Source: Hormiphora californensis (Eukaryota > Animalia > Ctenophora). From it: 64,000 bases of DNA. The stretch lies in assembly GCA_020137815.1 (NCBI GenBank), contig CM035354.1:1302001-1366000 (forward strand), written 5' to 3'. Below, piece by piece: positions 12,601-23,665 of the stretch. The position numbers were made by a program, and so were the translations under genes. Under the pieces are notes generated by a model. It saw only the letters and a program-made list of their open reading frames with translations, had not been told where the DNA came from and searched no databases. Every line of letters starts with the position of its first letter. The stretch's first letter is position 1.

Positions 12601-15600
12601 CTCTAAATTACCCAATTTCCCATCTCTGATTACATACTACCAAATTACTCCAATAATAACAGGCGTGGTTCCCCTAAATTGGAAATTAAAATTACTCAAA
12701 TTCCTACAGGTGGTAAGGTATAACAGATGTCTGGAGAGAATCGTGTTCCAAGTTCCACCCATTTGCAACTACCTCACAAAAACCAGCAAATTAAAGGTCC
12801 TCTACACCGCTGAGAGGGATGAACAGGGGAGCAAGGTGACTGATTTCTTCTCACGAACTGATGATCTGTTCAACGAGATGATCTGGCAGAAGAAACTCCG
12901 AGGTAAAACTCTAAAATCATTACCAGTCCTGTATTACCCAAGATGCTGTTTTCCTTTGTAATATCATGAATTAATCAACACAGGAATGTTTTTTAAATAT
13001 AGATTCAAATTATTGTGTGTAATTATCAGTACCAACATTCAATTAACCCCTAATTAACCCCCTAATTAACCCCTTTGATTAACATTTAACCCCCCCCCCC
13101 TTCTAGATAACCCGTTGTTATACGCAATCAGTAGAAATATGCCCCTATGGGCTAACATCGTATTCCGACTGGCAGTCATTTGTAACATCCTTGTTGGCTT
13201 CTTCTACCCTTTCCCCACCTCGGAACGTGAGTTAATTCGTTACTAATTAGCCGCTAATCGGTTGGCAATTGATAGTGGCTTTCATTCAATACCACATTTC
13301 AATTGATAACAAGGATATAACTCTCGACTGCATGCCTACTTATAATCTCACAGCTTCACTAGCAGTATCTCACACTTCACATACACACAGTATCTCATAC
13401 AGTATCTCACACAAGTCCACCTTTCAGCGGAGATCTCCCTGACTCTATCGGTGATGTTATGGGTTGCTCTAATTATTAGTGCTGGAGTGGTCTACCTGGT
13501 TCCCAACTCTAAAACAGTGATAGTGATTATAGTGTTGATGATAATGCGACTAAAACTATCCTGTGGCATGAGTTTCACTCTTACTCTGATAGGATTTGCT
13601 CAGGTAACTATGCTGACATGATATTAACTAATTAATTAATAATTTAATTATTAATCAGTTGATAGTTACCCAGCGCCCTCCCTCAGTCTCACTCTTGCGG
13701 CATTCATAATAATAGGTGTCGACTGTTTTTTTTCAAAAAATTAAGAACAAATAAGGGCGGCGGTATAGTACTTGGCGAAGTGGCACGCGGTACAGCAGTA
13801 GACTGAATTATACCACCATTGTGTGTTAGCGGCAAGCACTTCATCCATATCACAGTCATGCTCGCCAATAATCTCCCGCATTCCTATGCTCTCTGATCTC
13901 TCTGATCTCTCTTCATTTCTCTCTGATCTCTCTCTGATCTCTCTGTATTATATCCTTAATGATATGGAGAATGGAAAACATTGAAGTAACATTAGTAGAT
14001 CAGATACACCCAATATCTCTCACTCTCTCTCAGTCAATATATCTATCTCTCCCTCTCTAAGTCTACCTATCTCCCTCCCTTCCAATCTTAGTATTAATCT
14101 GGCGATGCGTAACATGTTCAGTCGACGCTGAGTTCGAAAACAACACATTGCAGTGCAGTGCATTGAAGCGCATAAAGTTCGTGATGGGGATCAAGGGATG
14201 TTTTAACCCTTTTTCGGGGCGCGATAGAGGCCGGTCGAGTATCATGGCAAGAGAGGGGTGAATTAATCTGATTTTTATCCTGATCCAATATCTTTTCCTC
14301 AGGTGTTATGTAAGGGTATGTACCTAATCAGTTACCTAGGTAACCGTGGATTCAAGCGGGAGAATCTCAAGAAAGATTTTGACCTGTTTTACCACAATGC
14401 CTACATGGTGGCCTGTATTCTTGGTCTCGTGGTCCACAACTTCTTTTACAGTGTTCTTGTGAGTATTGTAATCAAAATTAATTGTGAGTTGAAGTCTTGA
14501 TAGTAAACCTCTTGTCTCTTTTGGGTTAACAACAATTAATGTTCCATCCTCCCCCTCCAGATGTTACCATGGTAACCATCCTCCCCTCCCCCATATGTTA
14601 CCATGGTAACCACCCTCCCCCTCCAGATGTTACCATGGTAACCATCCTCCCCCAGATGTTACCATGGTAACCATCCTCCCCCAGATGTTACCATGGTAAC
14701 CATCCTCCCCCCCAGATGTTACCATGGTAACCATCCTCCCCTCCCCCAGATGTTACCATGGTAACCATCCTCCCCTCCCCCAGATGTTACCATGATAACC
14801 ATCCTCCCCTCCCCCAGATGTTACCATGGTAACCATCCTCCCCCTCCAGATGTTACCATGGTAACCAATGGTTACTAACTATCCTCCCCTCCCCCAGATG
14901 TTGGATATTGTGTTCCGGGAGGAGACCCTGCTTAATGTCATCAAATCTGTAACCCGTAACGGAAAGAGTATCCTGCTGACCACAATTCTCGCCCTTATCC
15001 TTGTCTACCTGTTCTCTGTCGTGGGATATCTCTTCTTCAGGGGTAAGCTGCTTTTTAGCTTAGAATTTCATTTGTTATTTATTGAGTTTCACTGTTGATT
15101 GTCTTGTTCGTTAAACCTCGCAAGAAGAGTGTTTGTTTCTTACCGTCTATATGTTATAGATTGAGGTCGGTACAGTTATAGCAGCTCTCAATCATCCGAT
15201 CATAAAAACCTTACCGAATTCTAATCCACCTGATCCAATAATCCAACCCCCGCTCCTTACAGATGACTTTGTTATGGAGGTGGACCCTACTCCACCCGGT
15301 AGAATGACTCTGGACGACTTTGTGACGGGGATATCAGGTGTTTCCGGTATCATACCTGCAGTCGCTGAATCAGGTAAAACACCCAGCTCCAGCTACCCAC
15401 CTTCCAGCTCCCACCCACCTTCCAGCTCCCACCCATGACCCACCTTCCAGCTGCCACCCACTATATCAGATCCCCTCAAACCCCATACCCTTTCTAATCC
15501 ATACCCTTCCTAATCCATACTCCTTCCCCTCTCACCTTCCCTCCCCTCTCAACCCCTCACCTCTCACAGACACAGTTAGTGGTATGGTAACTGACGGAAT

Positions 15601-18600
15601 GAAGGAGGCGTGTGCTGCCTACTCCGCTGAGGAACTATCCGCCCTTACTATCGACTGTGAACAACTCTGGGATGACACCAAGTGTGCTTGTATTGCTCCC
15701 GCTAGCAGCGCAGTGGAGTCTGTACCCGTAAGTAGTACTTCTTCTTAAGTAACTAGGAAGAGTAGAAAGCACTCTTTACTTAGAGTACGTTCCTAGAAAT
15801 GATGGTAAAAACTCCATAGAATACCACTTTACCCCCCCCCCCCTGCTTCCCTTAACAACCCCCTCCCCCACTTCTTCCATAAATCCCCACCCCGCCTAGG
15901 AAGAGGAAGAAGAGGATGGACCGAAGATGGTGCGGATGTGTGACACCCTCTTCCTGTGTATCGTTACCACTCTCAACCAGGGAGTGAGGAATGGTGGAGG
16001 TATTGGTGATGTACTGAGGAGCCCCAACACCTCAGAGCTATCGTAAGTGCACTGGGTACTGGGTGTGTGTGTGTGATTTTGGTTTGTGATCATATTCACT
16101 TACGATATTGTACGTGTGTGATCATGTGTGGTAGAGCACAATTTCATAAATAACCCGCACTATAACAACAAGTTATAACTACCCGAGCAGTACCCTCGTG
16201 TTTTACAAACAAATCTCTCTCCACCCAGGTTCTTCCCGCGGATAATCTACGATCTACTGTTCTTCTTCGTCGTTATTATTATCGTTCTTAACTTGATTTT
16301 CGGAGTCATCATTGATACCTTCGCCGATCTGAGGAGTGAGAAACAGGAAAAAGATGAAATTCTTAGAAACACGTGCTTCATTTGCAGGTATGTACTAAAT
16401 CATTATTACTGATATATTAGTAAAACCTCAATACACAATTACGGTACTGAATTTAACGCATCATCGTATCACACTGTGGTACCCGCTATTAGGGCAGAGC
16501 AACTACCCGGTCTACATGAGACTCATAACATTACTCTTTTCAGTTTGGAAAGAGGGGCCTTTGACAACATGACACTCATAATGTTACCCTTTTCAGCTTG
16601 GAAAGAGGGGCAATTGACAATATCAGACTCATAACATTACCCTTTTCAGCTTGGAAAGAGGGGCCTTTGACAACATGACACTCATAATGTTACCCTTTTC
16701 AGCTTGGAAAGAGGGGCATTTGACAACATGAGACTCATAACATTACCCTTTTCAGCTTGGAAAGAGGAGCCTTTGACAACATGAGACTCATAACATTACC
16801 CTTTTCAGTTTGGAAAGAGGGGCCTTTGACAACATGACACTCATAATGTTACCCTTTTCAGCTTGGAAAGAGTGGCAATTGACAATATCAGACTCATAAC
16901 ATTACCCTTTTCAGCTTGGAAAGAGGGGCCTTTGACAACATGACACTCATAATGTTACCCTTTTCAGCTTGGAAAGAGGGGCATTTGACAACATGAGACT
17001 CATAACATTACCCTTTTCAGCTTGGAAAGAGGAGCCTTTGACAACAAAACAGTGTCGTTTGAGGAGCACTTTAGGATGGAACACAATTTGTGGCACTACC
17101 TCTACTTCATTGTGCTTATCAAGGTCAAGGATCCCACTGAGTTCACTGGCCCTGAGAGTTACGTGTACGAACAAGTCAAGGTAATATAAGGGTATTATAT
17201 CTTGTTGAGTAACTCAATAAGGTATACCCACATCTTGTAGGAATAATAATAATAATAATAATATTCCGCGCTTATATACCGCCCATACCCGACGGAAACA
17301 TGTCAAAATATTGGCAATGCTCCGACGAGTCATCAGAGCGGTATATCCTCGATTAAATATATGACACACACGAACACTCTGGTTGAAAAAAGAACAGTAT
17401 ATTGTAAGACTAAATTAACTGGACTTATAAAACTGAAGGAATAACTGGTCCCATAAACCTGTGGATATAAATTCAAAACACACTTTACTTACACCTGCTA
17501 GGAAAAAGGATACTAGGTAGTAAAATAATAACATGGCTAGAGAGAGGATGACACTGATTGCCCGCAGGCCCCACAACTACAACAAACATTACAACTCAGC
17601 CATGGGTTCCCCATCACCCACTCCAAATGCACCAACGAAGAGATGTGTTTTCAGCCGGGTTTTGAAGGTTTCCACGTTGGGGATTGACCTGAGCTCAAGG
17701 GGAAGCTCATTCCAGACAGAAGGCAGGAATACTGATAACCTCCTACGTCTCAACTTAGAGTTGGCATTAATACTGGTCATCTTTGGATGTTTTAACCTAT
17801 AGGGATCCGGAACATTAGTCATCCTCGTAGTCCTAGAGGTTCCCCAAGTCTCATCACGTGGCACCAAATCCTGGAGATAACACGGGGCTGTTCCATTGAC
17901 TATTTTATAGGCAATCAAACAGGCTTTGAAGTCCAGCCTGTAGGAGATCGGTAAAATATGACACTGCCTGAAATACTCCATATAGTCGTCCTGGTGTCCA
18001 TGGAGGTTAAATACAAATCGAACACAGGCATTGAGAAGTTTCTGGAGCCCGCTCAGAACTCGGCCAGGAAGTCCACAATACAAAATATTGCTGTAGTCAA
18101 TTCTGGAAATGATCAACTGTTTCACCAACATGATCTTTGTTGTAACATCAAAACACTTGTGTAATTGCCAGAGATTCCGTAATATCAGTCCACACTGTTT
18201 CCTCACATTATTAACCTGTCGTTCAAGATTTAGATTGTGATCCAAGAGAATTCCTAGTGTCTTACCATCTGTTCCACTACATTCACTAGGGAAGATTTCT
18301 GTTCCACCGAAGTTGATTACTGGATCGAAAGTGACTTTACTTAACGAACTGCGTTTTCCAAGGAGGATGAATTCTGTCTTAGCCTCGTTGCACTTCAACC
18401 ACTGTCCTACCATCCACCTCTTCACCTTTGCTAGACATTCCTCAATATCCACCTTTGCCTCCGACCAGCCAGTAGAATCCGTAGGAACCAGACTCACATA
18501 GAGCTGGGAGTCATCCGCGTATAGTTTTATCCGAAGACCATAAGGCTCCACAATGTCTTGCACAGCTTCAATGTATAGTAGAAACAAAATTGGACCAAGA

Positions 18601-19649
18601 AGGGACCCCTGGGGTACTCCACATAGTAAGGCCAGGGTTTCCGAAAGACAATCACCCACAGAGACTCTGAAAGATTTGGAACTCAGGTAGCTCTTAAACC
18701 ATTGAAGAGGATCGCCATCAACTCCAAACCGATTCTGCAACACCTCCAACAACTTTCGATGATCCACTGTATCAAATGCAGCACTCATGTCCAAACAAAT
18801 GAGAGCCACTACATTTCCTTTATCCATCTCGCCTAATACATCATCAAACATGCTGGCTAACAGAGTTTCACAGCTGTGCCCAACACGATAACCAGACTGG
18901 TGCTTGCCCAAAAGAGAATTCCGTTCAAGGTAATCATTGGAATGAAATATTTTCTGAAATTATTTCTACCGCTCTGTAGAATTTGTGAACCCCCCCCCCC
19001 CCCATGATTCTAACTGTACTATTCTAACTGTAACGCCCCACTGAACAAGAAGTTAGACTGGTTCCCCTATGACTCTAACAACTAACCCTCTTTCTCAGAA
19101 TAAGAAGTTGGACTGGTTCCCCTATGACTCTAACAACTAACCCTCTTTCTCAGAACAAGAAGTTGGACTGGTTCCCGAGGATGCGGGCCATGTCCCTCTT
19201 CTCGGACGAGGCTGAGAACGACCAGAACGAGTTCCGGGACTTCAAAGTCAGTTTGGAAGGGATAAAGAAGGTCATGGATGGTTTATCTGGCCAATTGAAC
19301 GAGCTCAAAGATCAGGTACAATTGATGCAATCATACCTTACAGGATTGATGCTTAGCGTGTCTCCATCACTTTCCTTCTCTCTTATAACGGCCCCTCAAC
19401 CCTTTTCTAATACCCACTGATGTTACCAAGCAATTTTTAATCCCCTCCCCCTCCCTCTTTCCAAGTACTACCAGGCAACTCCAATCCCCTCCCTCTTTCC
19501 AAATACTACCAGCCAACTCCAATCCCCTCCCTTTCCCTCAGATGACTCAACAGCGAAAGCAGAAGCAAAGGACATCCCTGCTGGGAGGTATTACCGCCAG
19601 TCAATCGATGGGTGGCGGCGGGGTATCGATGTCCAGTGCCACAACATGA
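3647..19649 (+). CDS. ITPR: Inositol 1,4,5-trisphosphate receptor, C-terminal part (5' exons outside window)
   Basis: Exons read by hand with GT-AG ends: 3647-3721 ([22 protein letters not shown]), 5377-5502, 5631-5751, 5862-6039, 6828-6943, 7201-7345, 7469-7574, 7815-7903, 8049-8186, 8366-8530, 10005-10202 ([12 protein letters not shown]), 10666-11090, 11278-11390 ([12 protein letters not shown]), 12219-12335, 12710-12902, 13107-13226, 13428-13603, 14303-14458, 14898-15042, 15263-15373, 15570-15727, 15900-16042 (pore GGGIGD), 16229-16387 ([13 protein letters not shown]), 17021-17180, 19154-19315, 19542-19649 (TGA). Exons 5862-6039 and 10666-11090 contain extra single bases that break frame. 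Confidence 0.96.
4211..4895. mobile_element. Unclassified inverted-repeat element
   Basis: tacctgaaaacttataacac (4211) and gtgttataagttttcatgta (~4787) form an inverted repeat. Internal cgagcctgcgag repeats, followed by tandem gtgttataag/cttataacac palindromes. Confidence 0.45.
5145..5370 (+). repeat. Degenerate CCCTAA-rich (telomere-like) tandem repeat before an acceptor
   Basis: Repeated aacccctaacccc/cctagccccaccc units ending in (CCCTAA)3 just upstream of exon 5377. Confidence 0.8.
6006..6094 (+). repeat. Splice-donor duplication, 45 bp x2
   Basis: The exon end plus GTAAAAC is repeated; donors at 6040 and 6085. Confidence 0.9.
6738..6847 (+). repeat. Splice-acceptor duplication
   Basis: cccag|gacatggtatctctatttga (AG at 6754) precedes the real cccag|gacattgtatctctatttga (AG at 6827). 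Confidence 0.85.
7034..7190. mobile_element. Dispersed repeat with an internal 30-bp palindrome; inverted partner at about 10320-10485
   Basis: ggggaataggtcctcaggga and aaatacaatttctctggagtattatacaaat occur reverse-complemented at 10405-10460. Palindrome agtgttaacaaggaattccttgttaacact at about 7134-7163. Confidence 0.6.
8725..9636. repeat. 21-bp minisatellite (tagatcacataccatcgctac), about 43 copies, intronic
   Basis: Near-perfect tandem array; it explains the spurious repetitive ORFs on both strands. Confidence 0.97.
11355..11512 (+). repeat. Splice-donor array, 40 bp x4
   Basis: gaagtgggccataacattta(t/c)atctt(g/a)gcatatcag|gt repeated; donors at 11391, 11431, 11471, 11511. Confidence 0.92.
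11611..12186. mobile_element. Non-autonomous TIR element with poly-G/poly-C termini and an internal gatctggcttttt array
   Basis: Ends G14CCAAGGCCAAAAAAAGCCA and TGGCTTTTTTTGGCCTTGGC11 are inverted repeats. ATATT direct repeat on both flanks (11606-10 and 12187-91). Confidence 0.75.
14545..14902 (+). repeat. Splice-acceptor array (10 decoys plus the real site), each unit with a GTTACCATGGTAAC palindrome
   Basis: Units of about 28-35 bp: ctccccc-cag|atgtt-accatggtaaccatc. The real exon starts cag|ATGTTGGAT at 14898. Confidence 0.9.
16514..17046 (+). repeat. Splice-acceptor array, 53 bp x10, organised as 2 x 265-bp higher-order repeat
   Basis: ttttcAG at 16543, 16596, 16649, 16702, 16755, 16808, 16861, 16914, 16967 and 17020, each followed by about 25 nt of exon start. 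Confidence 0.95.
17241..18940 (-). mobile_element. 5'-truncated L2/CR1-group LINE (RT ORF 17589-18911) in an ITPR intron
   Basis: RT motifs [10 protein letters not shown] and YADD, C-terminal [11 protein letters not shown]...[10 protein letters not shown], and a (TTA)n 3' tail at 17241-17262. Confidence 0.92.
19043..19176 (+). repeat. Splice-acceptor array, 55 bp x3
   Basis: aa(c/t)aagaagtt(a/g)gactggttccc repeated. AG at 19098 is a decoy and AG at 19153 is real; the first copy has lost its AG. Confidence 0.9.
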
Positions 19650-19863
19650 TCTAGTGAAACATCGAGTTAGATAGTAATTGATCTGGTGATATATCAACAC
19701 GAGGGACATGTTTGAACTATTATATTAGAGAGTGATAGAGTTTAATTTTTAGTGAAATTTACAGGTTCGTGTTCGTGTTGAGGGGGTTTGGAATTGTGTT
19801 ATGTGGCGGTACGTGTTTGCATTAATAAGCTGTGATCGTCTGAACAATGAACATGTGCATATA

Positions 19864-20034
19864 CAGTCGGACCCCGATTTAGGGACATCCTCGGGGGAAA
19901 GGCTCTTGTCCACTAAATCGGGGTGTCCACTAAATCGGGGTCAAATAAGGTTAATTTCCTATATCGGGGAAAAAAATCCTGTCCCTAAATCGGGGTGCCA
20001 CTAAATCGGGGGCCCCTAAATCGGGGTCCGACTG
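19864..20034. mobile_element. Tc1/mariner-pogo-type MITE in the ITPR 3' region
   Basis: TA|CAGTCGGACCCCGATTTAGGG...CCCTAAATCGGGGTCCGACTG|TA. A shorter relative lies at 27454-27526. Confidence 0.85.
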
Positions 20035-20120
20035 TAATACCAAGTGTACATTGTACAGTCACTGTGTACAATGTACATTGTACATACAACTGCTTACTGT
20101 TCGTTATTGATATAATATAC

Positions 20121-20212
20121 CAGGAACCGACCGAATCAGGAAATACTGGTCCCTGATTGGCTGATAACCAGTCACGTGACCTAAATAACGAGTTCTGATT
20201 GGTCGGTTCCTG
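20121..20212. mobile_element. hAT-type MITE (CAGGAACC family), both TIRs intact
   Basis: TIR CAGGAACCGACC...GGTCGGTTCCTG with a perfect 8-bp TSD TAATATAC. Partial copies at 403, 7389, 31195, 32425 and 57211. Confidence 0.9.
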
Positions 20213-21061
20213 TAATATACATTAGATCTCGAGTTATTTTTTGAGTTATTTTATCATCGTTATGTGTTATGTCGCAGTGTGTGTTTCTTACGTGTAGAGT
20301 TGATGATATGCGGTCTATATTATTAATTATTATTATTATTCTTATTATTAATTGTATGATATTAATTATTACACTACTTTTGTACTGTTATGTATGAACT
20401 GCAAGTGATGTTAATAAGTACAAAATATATTGAAAATAACAAACCTTGACCCCATCTGTAGAAAATGAGAGGTATTATTATTTTATTTTATTAATCAAAG
20501 ATTATGAAGAGGATTTATTTTATTTTTTGATTGTGAATCATTGGAAATGGATTGATAATGGTGGATTAGGAATAAATCCCTAGAGGTAGTCAGAGAGAGA
20601 GTGAGTGAGAGTGAGAAATGCACTCTGATATTTAATATATGCTGACGATGTGCTGTCAGCTGTGTGTCTGAGGACGGTCGACGGAGAATGAGTGAGAGAA
20701 TGAGTGAGAGAATGAGATGAGAGAGAGATAGAGAGATCTTCATCTATTTCTCTAGAGACTGAGAGAGATTTGGAACTAGATTTTTTGGGTTATTGTTTTT
20801 AATGTGTATGTTTCCAGTAGAAACTTATTCGACCATATCTTATATCAGACTATTTAATTGTTGGCGTTTTTCCAGGTTTAGCAAACGGGAGGAGAATTGG
20901 GATCTGGCATGGATTTTTGTTGTGACGCGCGAAAATTGTCACACAAACGTTGCAAAATTTGAAGCGCGTGCGCGTTTTTGGATCATGATCGCGCGATTTC
21001 AGCTCAAGAATTTTTGAAAAAAATTTCGATTTTGAAATCTCCCTCCTGAGATCATGCCTTA

Positions 21062-21286
21062 TAGGGATCCCTAATAAAGTTGTGACTTGTCACTGTAGTC
21101 TTGCGGAGGCGCGGTTGTGACTTGTCACCGCGTGTGCGCGTACCAAAACGCACGTGGTTCCCACTGCGCGTAGCTGCGGCGCGGCGTAAACCATGCGGTG
21201 ACAAGTTACAATCGCGCATTTTGAAGCCGCGCCGCCACGGGAACCACATGTTTGGTGACAAGTCACAACTTTATTAGGGATCCCTA
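21062..21286. mobile_element. MITE with 32-bp TIRs (TAGGGATCCCTAATAAAGTTGTGACTTGTCAC)
   Basis: Perfect TIRs. Flanks atgcctta and ttgcatta match at 6/8, consistent with a decayed 8-bp hAT TSD. Confidence 0.75.
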
Positions 21287-21479
21287 TTGCATTAAGAGGA
21301 AATCGGAGGAAGATTGCTATCACTAGTCTAACAAATACTGAACTGGTGACCTGAGGAAGAGAGGAATGAGAAGAACTTGAGGATCCGAGGATGAATTGAT
21401 CCGAGGATGAATTGATTTATTGTTTTATGTGATTTCTTTGTTGAGATTTTGAAATTTGGCATGCGCTGCAGACCCCAAG

Positions 21480-21728
21480 GGGCGCCGTTACGATCTGGGT
21501 GTTTGGTGGCCTGTTTACAGGTGCGCGCTGCCAAAAAAGTTGATTCACTAAAATGGCTCTAACCGCCAAACCACTCAACCGTTTTGGCTAATTCAAAGTT
21601 TATCTGGTAGGAAATGTCAAGGCCTAACCCCAACCCAAACCCCAGCCCTAACCCTAACCCTACTTTAGCCCTAACCCTAAAAAACCGTCTGTCAGCACTC
21701 ACCAAACACCCAGATTTTAACGCTGGCC
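21480..21728. mobile_element. MULE/Merlin-like MITE upstream of CstF-50
   Basis: 9-bp direct repeat GACCCCAAG at 21471 and 21729, imperfect TIRs (cgttacgatctgggtgtttggtg / caccaaacacccagattttaacg), internal cctaaccc repeats. Confidence 0.7.
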
Positions 21729-21929
21729 GACCCCAAGTGCGCGCGTTTTCCACGGCTTCTAGGGCCTGTAGCATAGGCCAATTTTGAAATCTTTTTTACA
21801 AAAATGTCCACACTTTTTTCAAAAACTGTCGAAATTGTCAGCAAAACACACTATCTGAACTTTCTGAGAGATCTCAATCTTTTCTCTAACTCTTCTAATT
21901 CTTAAAACCTCCTATTCCAAGGATTAAAG

Positions 21930-23225
21930 ATGCCTGTTGGCAATGGTTCGTCCGCCTCGGATACTATGAAAGAGCAGGAGCGAATGTACAAGCTAATAAT
22001 TGGTCAGTTACGTAGTGATAAGTTCGAAAAAGTGGCCTACGATTTAACGATGGCCCTTAAAGCTGCCACGGGGGGTTTCATGATGACCAGTGCACCTTCC
22101 AATAGACTCAGCCAGCTTGTTGAGTACGGGATACGGTACGAAGAAGTGAATGAAGAGACTGAGACGCACAGTAAGAAGCTGGAAATGGGGATGAATCTAG
22201 GACCTGGTCTTGATCTTGAATACGACACAGAGGACATGAACTCCTCCCCCACTATGGTCCAATACGAGACAGCTTATGTTACTTCCCACAAGGCTCCCTG
22301 TAGGGTGGCTTGTTTCACCAGTGATGGAAAGCTCTGTGCGACAGGGAGCGTGGATGCCAGCTTGAAGATCATGGATGTGGAGCGAATGATATCTAAATCT
22401 CAGCAACTTCAACGGCAGGAAAATGAAAATCACCCGGTCATCAGGACCTTGTACGATCACCTGGATTCCGTAACGGCTCTAACCTTTCACCCTGTTACTA
22501 CACATCTAGTTAGTGGGTCCAAGGACTGCACTGTAAAGGTATTTGATTTCACAAAACCTAATGTCAAGAAAGCAGTGAAGTGTTTAGAGGAGGGGGCTGC
22601 AATTAGAAGTATTGCCTTCCATTCTACTGGTGATTACATGCTGATGGGAATGGATCACCCCATTATCAGGCTGTACGACTACGAGACACTGAAATGTTTC
22701 GTGTCCTCCAACAATCACGCTCAGCACACTCTCCCTGTATCGGCTATATGTTGGAACACAGACTGTACCATGTACGCATCGTGCAGTATGGACGGATCTA
22801 TCAAGCTGTGGGATGGGGTCAGCAGCAGGTGCATCAAGACCTTTAGCGAGGCTCATAGCGGTGCTGAAGTGACCAGCATCCAATTCTCACGAAATGGAAA
22901 GTACGTTCTATCCGGAGGTAAGGACAGTGTTGTAAAGTTGTGGGAGGTAACCAGTGGCAATGTCCTGAATGAGTATGTGGGTGTTACACAACAGAGCCAC
23001 AGGACTGGAGCCATGTTCAATCACACAGAGGATCTCATAATTGCACCTGATGAGAAGGGAATGGCAGTGGGGTGCTGGGATGCGAGGACAGCTGAGCCAC
23101 ATCCTCAACTGGTTACTGGACATAACAATGTCATCAGGACTGTAGCACATTCCCCCACCATGCCTGCCTTCATGTCTTGTAGCGATGACTTCCGGGCAAG
23201 GTTCTGGTATTATAGGGGTATTTGA
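21930..23225 (+). CDS. CSTF1: Cleavage stimulation factor 50-kDa subunit (WD40), intronless
   Basis: 431-aa ORF with N-terminal YKLIIGQL dimerisation region, YETAYVTSHKAPCR, HPVIRTLYDH, WD repeats and C-terminal SCSDDFRARFWY. Confidence 0.95.
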   Translation: MPVGNGSSASDTMKEQERMYKLIIGQLRSDKFEKVAYDLTMALKAATGGFMMTSAPSNRLSQLVEYGIRYEEVNEETETHSKKLEMGMNLGPGLDLEYDTEDMNSSPTMVQYETAYVTSHKAPCRVACFTSDGKLCATGSVDASLKIMDVERMISKSQQLQRQENENHPVIRTLYDHLDSVTALTFHPVTTHLVSGSKDCTVKVFDFTKPNVKKAVKCLEEGAAIRSIAFHSTGDYMLMGMDHPIIRLYDYETLKCFVSSNNHAQHTLPVSAICWNTDCTMYASCSMDGSIKLWDGVSSRCIKTFSEAHSGAEVTSIQFSRNGKYVLSGGKDSVVKLWEVTSGNVLNEYVGVTQQSHRTGAMFNHTEDLIIAPDEKGMAVGCWDARTAEPHPQLVTGHNNVIRTVAHSPTMPAFMSCSDDFRARFWYYRGI

Positions 23226-23665
23226 GGGAGAGAGAGAAATAACACTGAGGAGACGAGGGGGAGGGAGGTTGGAGAGAGAAATAACACTGAGGAGACGAGG
23301 GAGAGGGAGGTTGGAGAGAGAAATAACACTGAGGAGACGAGGGAGAGGGAGGTTGGAGAGAGAGAGCACTGAGGAGACGAGGGGGAGGGAGGTTGGAGAG
23401 AGAGAGCACTGAGGAGACGAGGGGGAGGGAGGTTGGAGAGAGAGAGCACTGAGGAGACGAGGGGGAGGGAGGTTGGAGAGAGAAATAACACTGAGGAGAC
23501 GAGGGGGAGGGAGGTTGGAGAGAGAGAGCACTGAGGAGACGAGGGGGAGGGAGGTTGGAGAGAGAAATAACACTGAGGAGACGAGGGGGAGGGAGGTTGG
23601 AGAGAGAGAGCACTGAGGAGACGAGGGGGAGGGAGGTTGGAGAGAGAAATAACACTGAGGAGGTT
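23226..23665 (+). repeat. 40-42 bp purine-rich minisatellite, about 10 copies, starting at the CstF-50 stop codon
   Basis: cactgaggagacgagggggagggaggttggagagaga(aataa/gag) units. Confidence 0.9.

Noticed and set aside
15900-16042. GGGIGD filter implying a ryanodine receptor
   Set aside because: All other motifs are IP3R-type, and GGGIGD is common in invertebrate IP3Rs.
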